Of a stretch of 64,000 nt of DNA, positions 1 through 8,168 are shown in pieces. Source of the DNA: Verrucomicrobiota bacterium (lineage in GTDB: Bacteria > Verrucomicrobiota > Verrucomicrobiia > Limisphaerales > UBA11358). A program made the translations under genes and the position numbers. The DNA is taken from assembly GCA_050012035.1 (NCBI GenBank), contig JBEKHY010000005.1, forward strand, positions 2,871-66,870. Reading direction: 5' to 3'. Each line of letters starts with the position of its first letter. Position 1 is the stretch's first letter. Below the pieces are notes generated by a model, which worked only from the letters and a program-made list of their open reading frames with translations, was not told the origin of the DNA and did no database searches.

Positions 1-82
1 GGCCAGTCAGGGCGTCGTGTAACTCCGCCCTCCGAATTATTCACTCCCCGCGCCGGTTCCGGCGGCGGCGAATAGCCAGGAT

Positions 83-886
83 TTACTTCAGTTTCACTTG
101 GAATGCACTGGCACCGGTAATTTTGTCAAGGTCGCCGCCATAAAATTTCTCGCGGTATTCCTCGGTTTCGAGCAGGTGCCGGGGCAATTCCTTTTTGTCG
201 CGCCGGATGATGAATTTCAACTCGTCCAGATCATCGGACCAGCGGAACCCGTTGAAAAATTCCGCGCCGGCAAACTGTGTTTTGTAGAGCGCCGTCTGCG
301 AATAGCACGTGCCGAGGTATAGATGTTTGAAGCCGCGTTCGGTGAACTGCGCCACCGCGGAGGTCATCATGAACATGCCGAGGTTGCGCGCGTAATAATT
401 CAGGTCGTAAAACGCGTAGTAATAAAATGCCAGCGCCTTGCCCTCGAGGTAGAGCGTGGCCACGCCGACTTCGCCGCCATGCTCCGTGTCCGTGAACACG
501 AGCAGGTGCGAGATGATGGGCGCGGCGAACAGCGCGTCCAGCCGCTCAAACGTCATTACGTCCTTGCCGAATTTGATGTCGGCGTAGGTCTTGAAAAACT
601 GGCGGCGCTCGGGCGTGTAATCGTATTTATCTCGCGGCACGAGCTTCACCTCAATGCCCGCGCCCTTGCGCAGGATGCGGCGGTTCTCCGACGACGGTTT
701 GAATTTGGCCAGGTTCACCCGCACCTGCCGACAGAGATAAAAACGGTCGAGGTCGCGCGATGACGGCAGGAAGCCGGCGTTGAAAATGTCCGACGGCGTT
801 TCGCCCTCCTCCGGCACGGCCCAGACGGCATAGGGAAACTGGTAGTGCTCGTAGTCGGAATTTTGTTCGGAAAAGAGCAGTTTCAT
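83..886 (-). CDS. ATE_C-like aminoacyl-tRNA--protein transferase homolog (Bpt/Ate1 C-terminal type); no Cys-rich N-terminal domain
   Basis: 267-aa ORF. The motif string FKPSSENRRILRK ... LAFYYYAFYD ... GMFMMTS ... KHLYLGTCY ... LYKTQF follows the ATE_C/Bpt core pattern as I remember it. No database was run. Confidence 0.5.
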   Translation of the reverse strand: MKLLFSEQNSDYEHYQFPYAVWAVPEEGETPSDIFNAGFLPSSRDLDRFYLCRQVRVNLAKFKPSSENRRILRKGAGIEVKLVPRDKYDYTPERRQFFKTYADIKFGKDVMTFERLDALFAAPIISHLLVFTDTEHGGEVGVATLYLEGKALAFYYYAFYDLNYYARNLGMFMMTSAVAQFTERGFKHLYLGTCYSQTALYKTQFAGAEFFNGFRWSDDLDELKFIIRRDKKELPRHLLETEEYREKFYGGDLDKITGASAFQVKLK

Positions 887-913
887 GGCAAATCAATCAC
901 GGATGAACGCGGA

Positions 914-1019
914 TCCCGCAAAGCGGGACGGATATTGGCAGGGCGGGCAGTCTTCTGCCCGCCGCTCTTCTGACGATGGTAGCCATCCGTAAGAATCGGC
1001 GCGCACGGAGTGACGCGCC
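914..1019. repeat. Cluster of three GC-rich stem-loops (REP-like)
   Basis: TCCCGC-AAA-GCGGGA (914-928); GGCGGGCAG-TCTT-CTGCCCGCC (942-963); GGCGCG-loop-CGCGCC (998-1019). None is followed by a T-tract. Confidence 0.6.
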
Positions 1020-1065
1020 CTACCCGCATCGGCATTTCGGCATCCGTGCTCATCCGTAGTTAAAT

Positions 1066-2247
1066 TTATTTTGCGGCCACCGCATTGAGTTCGGGTGCGG
1101 TTTTTGTTTCGCCATTCACAGCCTTGCGCCGCAACCGCAGCCGCCAGTTGGTCAATACGTCGTAGCTCACCGAGTTCTTCAATTTCGCGAGGTCATGCAC
1201 GGTGATTTCCTCATCGCCTTGTTTGCCCATCAGCACGGCCTCGTCCCACATTTGCGCTTCGGGAATATCCGTGATGTCCACCATCAGCGCGTCCATCGCG
1301 ATGCCGCCGATGAGCGGGGCGCGTTGGCCGCGGATAAGCGCGCCGCCCTGGTTGCGCACGCGCGGGAAACCATCGCCGTAACCGATGGGCAATACCGCAA
1401 CGCGCCGCTCGGACGGCGCCGTGTAACGCATGCCGTAGCCGACGACTTCGCCGGGCTTTATTTTCTGGATGGCCGCGATGCGCGCCTTGACCGACATTAC
1501 CGGTTCGATGCCCGGAATCCGCCGGCAAACCGACGAGGGAAAAACGCCATACATCAAAATGCCCGTGCGCACCATGTCCAGATGCGCGTGCGGCAGATCG
1601 AGAAAGCCGCCGCTGTTACAGGTGTGGCGCAGTTTCACGGAAAATTTTTTCTGCTCCATCACGCGCAGGACTTCGTTGAAGCGGGAGAACTGCAGATTGG
1701 CAAACGACTTGTCCGATTCATCCGATTGCGCGAAGTGCGTCATCACGCCTTCGAGCCACAACGATTTTTCGGTGATGATTTGGTCGATGAGCGGCAGCGC
1801 TTCGTCCCAGCGCACGCCGTATCGGCTCATGCCGGTGTGAATTTTCAGATGCATCGGCACGCGTTTGCCGTGCGCCTTGGCAATGCGGGCGAGCTGGCGG
1901 ACGGTGTGGAATTCGTTGACACAGACGGTCAGGTCGTGTTCCACGCACCACGGCAATTCGATTTCCTGCCGTTCGCCCAGGAGCAGCAACGGCGCGGTGA
2001 TGCCCGCTTCGCGCAGCGTCATCGCCTCTTCGAGTGTGCTCAAGCCGAGACCCCAAGCGCCTTCCTCGAGGGCGATGCGCGCCGCATCGAGCGCGCCGTG
2101 TCCGTAGGCTTCATCCTTTACCACGGCAAGCAACCGCACGGGTTTCGGGAGGTCGCGGCGGATGAGTCGCAGGTTGTTTCGGAGCCGGGCGAGGTCAATC
2201 TCCACCCACGCCGGCCGCAATGGAAAGATGGCCGAATCAAAATCCAT
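1066..2247 (-). CDS. alr: Alanine racemase
   Basis: PLP-lysine motif AVVKDEAYGHGA and full-length racemase-like architecture. I moved the start to the ATG at 2247 (MDFDSAIFPLRPAWVEIDL). The 66-codon upstream extension is Arg/Pro/Ser-rich and unlikely to be coding. Confidence 0.88.
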   Translation of the reverse strand: MDFDSAIFPLRPAWVEIDLARLRNNLRLIRRDLPKPVRLLAVVKDEAYGHGALDAARIALEEGAWGLGLSTLEEAMTLREAGITAPLLLLGERQEIELPWCVEHDLTVCVNEFHTVRQLARIAKAHGKRVPMHLKIHTGMSRYGVRWDEALPLIDQIITEKSLWLEGVMTHFAQSDESDKSFANLQFSRFNEVLRVMEQKKFSVKLRHTCNSGGFLDLPHAHLDMVRTGILMYGVFPSSVCRRIPGIEPVMSVKARIAAIQKIKPGEVVGYGMRYTAPSERRVAVLPIGYGDGFPRVRNQGGALIRGQRAPLIGGIAMDALMVDITDIPEAQMWDEAVLMGKQGDEEITVHDLAKLKNSVSYDVLTNWRLRLRRKAVNGETKTAPELNAVAAK

Positions 2248-2523
2248 GAAATGTTGGAACTGTTTAACCACGAATCGTCCCGGATGGCACGAAAAATCCG
2301 GCGGGGCTGTTTTGATTGTTGGAGAGTCGGCGCTGTCCACCCTCCGCAGTGCTGCTACGGAAGACGGGTGCGACGATTTCGAGCCGCAGGCTCGACGTTT
2401 CAACAAGCCCGGACGCCGCCAAAAAATCCGGCGTGAGGGCGGCAAGGGGAACCGCCGGCAGGTTTGCGGACTTGCGCCATGGCAAAATTGATTTAGGCTC
2501 GCGCCTGATTGAGGCCGCGTGAA

Positions 2524-4233
2524 ATGACCGAACCAGCCAATCTGCCCAAAGATTCATTCAAGCATTTTGCCCCCTGGCTGCTGGCGTTGTTTTTGGTCGT
2601 GCTGGGGGCGCAACTGTGGGTGGTGCAGCTCTATGGGTCGCCCATCCCCATGTGGGACCAATGGTTTGAAGCCGACTGGTTTTTCCGGCCCTGGGTGGAA
2701 GGTCATCTGACCTGGAGCCACTTTATTACGCCTTTTAACGAACACCGGATTCTTTTCACGCGCCTGCTCGATCTGAGTGTCATCTGGCTGAACGGGCGAT
2801 GGGAGCCTATGCTGCAAATGACGGTCAACGCGTTCATCCATGCGGCCTTTGTTTGCGGGTTGGCGTTTTGCCTGTGGGATTTTCCGGGGCGAAAGAGCGG
2901 ATGGCTCGTCTGTTTCCTGCTGGCGCCCTTTTTTGCGTTGCCCTATGCCGCGGAAAACGCCCTCTGGCCGATGAATTCCCAGCAATATTTCATGAGTCTC
3001 TGCCTGCTGGCAACGCTGGCCGGGCTCGGGTTTGGAAAACCGGGCAGCCGGTGGTGGTGGTTCGGGTTGGCCGCGGCGATCATGGGTTTGTTTACCATGG
3101 CTTCGGGTTTGCTCGCGCCGGCGGCGGTCGGCGGATTGACGATTTTGCGGGCCAGCAAACAGAGGCGGATGGAAAAAGAAACTTTAGTCACGCTGGTTTC
3201 CTGTCTGGCGGTCGTTGGACTGGGATTGGCGCTGCGCGTGACGTCGGACTTTGATCGTCCTTTGCGGGCGCATACGTTGATGGAATTTATCTCCGCGCTG
3301 GCGCGCAACCTGACCTGGCCGTTTTTCCGCACTCCGGCGATGCTGTGCCTGATTCCCCTGCCCCTGGTTTTATTGCTGGCCTTCTATCTTCGGCCAAATT
3401 TTCAGGAACCGCGGGCGGCTGAGTTTCTTCTGGCCTTGGGACTGTGGAGTGGCATGCAATCTGCCACACTGGCCTACGGACGCGCGAATTATGGGGATAT
3501 CATCCCCGCCAGCCGTTTCATGGACGTTATGAATATTTTCGTCATTGCCAGCCTCTTCGCGATGCTGCTGCTGCCGCAGTGGTGGGGACAGAGATTTCCG
3601 AACTGGGCCGGGATGTTGTTGCCGCTGGCTTTTGCCGGCGTCATCTTTTTCGGCCTTTGCCGGATTTCCCAAATCGTGGTGGACAATCTTTTGGCGCCCA
3701 CCTGCATGATGAACCTGGTGGCCGAAGAACGCGTGGAAACATACTGGGCGACCGGCAACGAGCGCGATTTTCTTGAGCCGCCCACTGTGCGGCCAAATCC
3801 GGAACTTGCTTTGCGGTTGCTGTGTGACCCGAAACTGCAGCCCATCCTGCCGGCGGCGTGCCTGCCGCCGACAGCCTTGCAGGAAAGCGGCCGGCTCGCC
3901 GCCAGCTCGCAATGGCTGCTGCGAAACTCCACCCTCATCTTGTATGGCGGGCTGGGATTGTTCATCGGCCTTGGGGGTTACCGGTTGGTTCGCGACCCGC
4001 TGGGTCTGGTGTGGCAAAATGTCCCCGCCTTTATCGCGTTGCTGACCCTGCTGGCCGCGCTCGGTTTTGTCTGGTCAAAAGCACCCATCAAACGCGAAAC
4101 CATCGAACAAGCCTTGCAATACCGGCTCGCCGATTATTTCAAATCCATGAACAACCTCAAACGCGCGGCATTCCATGAACACAAGGCTGAGGCGTTAAGA
4201 AAAGCCAACAAGGATTCGCATGCCGTCCACTGA
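2524..4233 (+). CDS. Polytopic membrane protein, paralog A (possible GT-C-like glycosyltransferase; function unknown)
   Basis: About 570 aa with many hydrophobic segments. The N-terminal module LWVVQLYGSPIPMWDQWFEAD...FNEHRILFTRLLDL is shared with the next gene. An acidic motif in the first loop is the only link to GT-C enzymes. Confidence 0.6.
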   Translation: MTEPANLPKDSFKHFAPWLLALFLVVLGAQLWVVQLYGSPIPMWDQWFEADWFFRPWVEGHLTWSHFITPFNEHRILFTRLLDLSVIWLNGRWEPMLQMTVNAFIHAAFVCGLAFCLWDFPGRKSGWLVCFLLAPFFALPYAAENALWPMNSQQYFMSLCLLATLAGLGFGKPGSRWWWFGLAAAIMGLFTMASGLLAPAAVGGLTILRASKQRRMEKETLVTLVSCLAVVGLGLALRVTSDFDRPLRAHTLMEFISALARNLTWPFFRTPAMLCLIPLPLVLLLAFYLRPNFQEPRAAEFLLALGLWSGMQSATLAYGRANYGDIIPASRFMDVMNIFVIASLFAMLLLPQWWGQRFPNWAGMLLPLAFAGVIFFGLCRISQIVVDNLLAPTCMMNLVAEERVETYWATGNERDFLEPPTVRPNPELALRLLCDPKLQPILPAACLPPTALQESGRLAASSQWLLRNSTLILYGGLGLFIGLGGYRLVRDPLGLVWQNVPAFIALLTLLAALGFVWSKAPIKRETIEQALQYRLADYFKSMNNLKRAAFHEHKAEALRKANKDSHAVH

Positions 4234-6442
4234 TTCCAAACTGCGGCTTCGGGGATGGCTGGCGGCGTTGTTCCTGGTGATTGTGGGCGCCAAACTGTGG
4301 GTCATCCAGGTTTACGGCTCGCCCCTTCCGTTTTGGGACCAATGGGACGAAGCGAAACTTTTGTTCAAACCCTGGCTGGAAGGCCATTTGACGTGGAGCG
4401 CCTTGTTCGCGCCGCACAACGAGCACAGAATTCTTTTCACGCGTTTGCTGGACCTGTTCGTCCTGCAACTCAACCGCCAGTGGGACCCCCGGCTGCAGAT
4501 GGTGGTCAACGCCTTGATCCACGCCGGTTATGCCTGCGGCCTGGCGTATTGCCTGTGGATTTTCACAGGCCAAAAACGGGCCAGCCTGATCTGTTTTCTG
4601 CTGGCGCCGTTTTTCGCGCTGCCCTTTGCGGCGGAGAACACGATTCACGGGTTTCAATCGCAGGAATATTTCCTGAACATTTTTTCGGTCATCACCATCG
4701 TCGGACTGGGGTTGGGGTCGCCGGGGAGCAGCCGTTGGTTTCTGGGACTGGCGGCGGCCATCATGTCCCTCTTCACGATGGCGTCCGGCCTGCTGGCCGC
4801 GTTGGCGGTTGCCGGACTGGTGGGGTTACGCATGTTAAAGCAGAAATCCGTCGCCCGAAGCCATCTCATCACTCTGGGATGCAGCCTTGCGGTTTTCATC
4901 CTGGGCTTGTTTTTGAGGGTTACCGTTGAGGAGAACAAACAGTTTCAGGCGCAGTCGTTGTTGGCATTTTTGCACGCGCTGGCAAGCAACCTGGCATGGC
5001 CGTTCCGGTATCAACCCGTGATGTGCGGTTTCATTTGTCTGCCACTGGTCATCACGGGCATCAGATATTTCCGGCCCGGTTTCAAGGAACCGTGGGCGGC
5101 TGAGTTTGTTCTGGCCATTGGACTTTGGGGCCTGATTCAAGCGGTGGCGCTGGCTTATGGGCGCGCGGCCACGGGCGGCAGCAGCCGGTACATGGACACG
5201 TTGGCCACGATCCCCATTGCGAGTCTGGCCGGTTTGTTTGTCATCGGGCAAGGTATGGAATTCCGCCGGGTCCCGCGGCAATTGGCGTTGCTGCTGGCCA
5301 TCGTGTGGGTCGGCACCTGTTTTGGGGGAATGTGGCGGATTTGCCGGACGACCCTGGGAGATTACCGGACGATGGCAAATTATTTGCAGTGGAGCAAACT
5401 GTTGAGCTTGATTGAGGAAGGGAATGTCCGCGCGTTTGTGGCCACGGATGATTCCCGGTATTTGTTGAACCAACCACTCTGGCACGTTCCGTATTGGGAC
5501 GGTGGACGATTGATTGGACTGCTGCGCGACCCCAAGCTGTCGGCCATCCTGCCGCCCGTCTGCCACGCACCGCTGAAGTTGGAACCGGTGGAAGATTTCG
5601 ACGCCTCGTACATTCCCGACGGATACCCGCCCGAAAGGCCCAAACAGGAATTCGCCCGCGTGTGGGGCAGTTACAACACGAATGGCGCGGCGGCCATCGG
5701 TCATTTTGTCAGCAAACGGATTTTCGCCACTCTGCCCGTACTAAACATTCAGTTGTGCTGCGGACCGGACATGAACGACATCCGCCTCCAACTGGTGGAA
5801 CAGCCGACCAACCGCAAAATCGCGCTGTCGCCCAAAGTCGTCTGGCGATGGCATACCATCACCGTTGCCACCCCGCAAAGCCCGTTTCGGGTGGAAATCA
5901 CCGATCAAAGCCGCGATTCGTGGGTGGCCGTGGGCGAGCTCAAGGAAATGGGCCGTCTCTCTTCTTGCGTGCCCGGGTTGCTCAACCACGCGGTCGGCAT
6001 TCTGCTGGCAGGGTTGTGTTTGAGTGTTGTCCTGGCGGGATGGGGCGTGGTTCGCCATGGCACCATTTTTGGCGACAGCGGCTTTCCCGAATTTCTCGTT
6101 TTGCTGGTTGGGCTGACGATTCTGACGTTCGTCTGGCCGGCGCGGCATTTCGACGCCACGGAATTCACCCGGCAGCTTCACAAACGATTGGCCACCGGGT
6201 TCGCGTCCGAAGGCAACCTGAGCGGCGCGGAACTGCATTTTCGTGAAGCCTTGTGGTTGCAACCGGACGATCCCGAAGCGTTTGCCGGTCTGGCGAACGC
6301 CATCCTCCATGATCCCAATCGGGAACAGAACCAAGCCCGCGCGGAGGCCGTGTCGGATTACAAAGCGGCGTTGCGATTAAAACCAGGTTCGCCGGAAATC
6401 AAAGACCGGTTGCGCGCCCTGGGTGTGCCGGTGGTTGAATAA
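4220..6442 (+). CDS. Polytopic membrane protein, paralog B, with C-terminal TPR-like tail
   Basis: 740 aa. The N-terminal roughly 330 aa align with paralog A (LWVIQVYGSPLPFWDQWDEA...HNEHRILFTRLLDL). The C-terminus (AELHFREALWLQPDDPEAFAGLANA...YKAALRLKP) looks TPR-like. It overlaps the upstream gene by 14 nt. Confidence 0.6.
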   Translation: MPSTDSKLRLRGWLAALFLVIVGAKLWVIQVYGSPLPFWDQWDEAKLLFKPWLEGHLTWSALFAPHNEHRILFTRLLDLFVLQLNRQWDPRLQMVVNALIHAGYACGLAYCLWIFTGQKRASLICFLLAPFFALPFAAENTIHGFQSQEYFLNIFSVITIVGLGLGSPGSSRWFLGLAAAIMSLFTMASGLLAALAVAGLVGLRMLKQKSVARSHLITLGCSLAVFILGLFLRVTVEENKQFQAQSLLAFLHALASNLAWPFRYQPVMCGFICLPLVITGIRYFRPGFKEPWAAEFVLAIGLWGLIQAVALAYGRAATGGSSRYMDTLATIPIASLAGLFVIGQGMEFRRVPRQLALLLAIVWVGTCFGGMWRICRTTLGDYRTMANYLQWSKLLSLIEEGNVRAFVATDDSRYLLNQPLWHVPYWDGGRLIGLLRDPKLSAILPPVCHAPLKLEPVEDFDASYIPDGYPPERPKQEFARVWGSYNTNGAAAIGHFVSKRIFATLPVLNIQLCCGPDMNDIRLQLVEQPTNRKIALSPKVVWRWHTITVATPQSPFRVEITDQSRDSWVAVGELKEMGRLSSCVPGLLNHAVGILLAGLCLSVVLAGWGVVRHGTIFGDSGFPEFLVLLVGLTILTFVWPARHFDATEFTRQLHKRLATGFASEGNLSGAELHFREALWLQPDDPEAFAGLANAILHDPNREQNQARAEAVSDYKAALRLKPGSPEIKDRLRALGVPVVE

Positions 6443-6525
6443 CCTCCGGGTAAAAAATTCGCGTGCATCCGTGCAATCCGTGTCTAACCCGGAAATTTCA
6501 CCCGCGTCTTGCGCGGCTAACGGCG

Positions 6526-6600
6526 TGTAGCCGCAACCTTCAGTTTGCGATTGCCTGCTTGGCGTGGACCGCCAAACGCAAACTGAAGTTTGCGGCTACA
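6526..6600. repeat. Long hairpin (24-bp stem, 1 mismatch, 27-nt loop) between convergent genes
   Basis: TGTAGCCGCAACCTTCAGTTTGCG (6526-6549) pairs with CGCAAACTGAAGTTTGCGGCTACA (6577-6600). Confidence 0.8.
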
Positions 6601-6617
6601 GCGTATGAAATTTCGGG

Positions 6618-7958
6618 CTAAACCGTTCCCGGCGGCCATAGACTTTGGCCAACGTCCGTCCGGAAATAGCTGCCTACCACGCGGATTTTCCGGATGTTCG
6701 TGTAAGCCTTTGCGATGGCTGCCTCGAGCTTCGGCGCGAGCGCGATCACGTCTGCAATGCGATGCCCGGTCGCCATCAATTTGCCATCCGCGCCGCGCGC
6801 CACTTCGTTCCACCACACGTCGCAATCAAATTTCCCGTCCACTTCCAGCGGCATGTGCGGGCTGCGCACCTGCGTGAATGGATAACCGTAACCGGCCAAG
6901 GTCAGCGAGCAACCAAAGTTCAGTTTTTCGTTGAACCGCAAATTTAACTTCTCATTTCGCGCCGTCCGCAAGACAGTTTCCGCCGGATTTCTCAGCATCC
7001 GCAAAATCATCGGGCCGGACGTAACCCCGATGCGGATGTTGTATTCGATGACGTGCCAGCGTGGGACAGGCATCTTGCCTGTCTCTGATTTTTTGTTTTG
7101 GGACGGAGACAGGCTGGAAGCCTGTCCCACTTTAATCGCCGTCACTTGCAACGGTCCGTGGTAATTCACGCGCCGCAGCCATGGCCGCAGTGGATGGATC
7201 AATTCACGCGCCAGACCGTATTTGTCGTCCGGGTCGCGCTCGACCAAGCCGCCGAGCGGCGCGCCGGCGACGATGCCTTGGTTGCCGTTGAACGCGTATT
7301 TGTATTCCTGGTTGGTGACGAGTGAATAAATCTCGCCGCCGCTGACCAGCACGATGTGCCCGGCCTCGGCGCGTCCGAGATACTCCTGCAAAAAAACGCC
7401 TTCGGCGTAGTTGACATGCCGCAGCCACGCGCGCGTATCCTCGACCGTTTCGCACAAAATGGTGTGAATCGGGCTGGTCGGCGAGCAGAGTGGATTTTTG
7501 ATGACGAACGGCTGCGGGTGTTTCGCCAGAATTTTTTCGGCCTCCAGCCGATTCGAAGCCACGTAAGCCTGCGGAAACGGAATTTTGAAATCGGCGCACA
7601 GCCTCTGCGCAAAGTCCCGTTCGCGCTCGATGCGCATTGCTTCGCGCGTCGGGCTGAAAATACCCACTCCCGATGCCAGCAAATCCTCCGCCCATGGCTG
7701 CCATGCCCAGTCAATGGATTGGGGAATGACGACCTCGATGCCGTTCTGCTTGAGTAGCGGAACGGGGCTCGGGAACGAACTGTAAGAATAAGCCGGCCCG
7801 ACGAGTGAGGGCGGGAAATGGCCGTAATTGCGCGTGAGATAGGTCGAGACGCGCGCGCCGGTGTCAGCCAGCGCCCCGCCGATACTGTGGGCGAACGAAC
7901 CGACGCCAAGCACCATGAATGAGGCGCCGCGCCGCGGTTCTGAAAATTTGCGTGCCAT
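6618..7958 (-). CDS. Divergent PurD-family ATP-grasp ligase (substrate unknown)
   Basis: Collinear with PurD (N domain, ATP-grasp, C domain; WHVIEYNIRIG corresponds to VIEFNCRFGDPE), but the GGREHA and AAGKGV motifs are not conserved. The start is uncertain (ATG at 7958 or 7916). Confidence 0.6.
   Translation of the reverse strand: MARKFSEPRRGASFMVLGVGSFAHSIGGALADTGARVSTYLTRNYGHFPPSLVGPAYSYSSFPSPVPLLKQNGIEVVIPQSIDWAWQPWAEDLLASGVGIFSPTREAMRIERERDFAQRLCADFKIPFPQAYVASNRLEAEKILAKHPQPFVIKNPLCSPTSPIHTILCETVEDTRAWLRHVNYAEGVFLQEYLGRAEAGHIVLVSGGEIYSLVTNQEYKYAFNGNQGIVAGAPLGGLVERDPDDKYGLARELIHPLRPWLRRVNYHGPLQVTAIKVGQASSLSPSQNKKSETGKMPVPRWHVIEYNIRIGVTSGPMILRMLRNPAETVLRTARNEKLNLRFNEKLNFGCSLTLAGYGYPFTQVRSPHMPLEVDGKFDCDVWWNEVARGADGKLMATGHRIADVIALAPKLEAAIAKAYTNIRKIRVVGSYFRTDVGQSLWPPGTV
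7061..7130. repeat. 70-nt double-hairpin palindromic element inside the PurD-like CDS
   Basis: GTGGGACAGGC-ATCTT-GCCTGTC ... GACAGGC-TGGAA-GCCTGTCCCAC. It is translated in frame as GQASSLSPSQNKKSETGKMPVPR. The same GACAGGC/GCCTGTC hairpin core recurs at 48587-48605. Confidence 0.75.
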
Positions 7959-8168
7959 GAAAATGTGCAGCCCGAGTGTTCCCCAATTTTGTTTACAGTG
8001 CAATGTCAAGTCACTGCGTGGCGCCTGCGCCTCGCGGTCGGTAACAAGTGTCATGCCTGATTCTCATGGATAAACCGAACAATCCGGCGCGACGCCGAAT
8101 TGAACCCGCGAGACGCCGGTGCTATCACATAATCCGGCTGTCTCGACTTTGACCGGCGTTTTGTTATC

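Noticed and set aside
1195-2436. 413-aa plus-strand ORF covering the whole alr locus
   Set aside because: It is antisense to a clearly recognisable alanine racemase. Its composition is dominated by Arg/Ala/His/Gly/Asp, as expected for a shadow frame in high-G+C DNA, and it has no motif.
2248-2445. N-terminal extensions of track ORFs: alr here, and likewise glycerate kinase 51074-51244, ribBA 56856-57005, SGNH 41833-41937 and paralog D 24650-24766
   Set aside because: The extensions are Arg/Pro/Ser-rich and lack homology to the family N-termini. Internal ATGs reproduce the canonical family N-termini or signal peptides.
8055-8168. Looked for a TPP (THI-box) riboswitch upstream of thiH
   Set aside because: I could not find the CUGAGA ... 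ACCUGAUCUGGAUAAUGCCAGCG core on either strand, only partial word matches (GAACC, ATAATCCGGC) in the wrong order. A covariance-model scan (Rfam RF00059) would be decisive.
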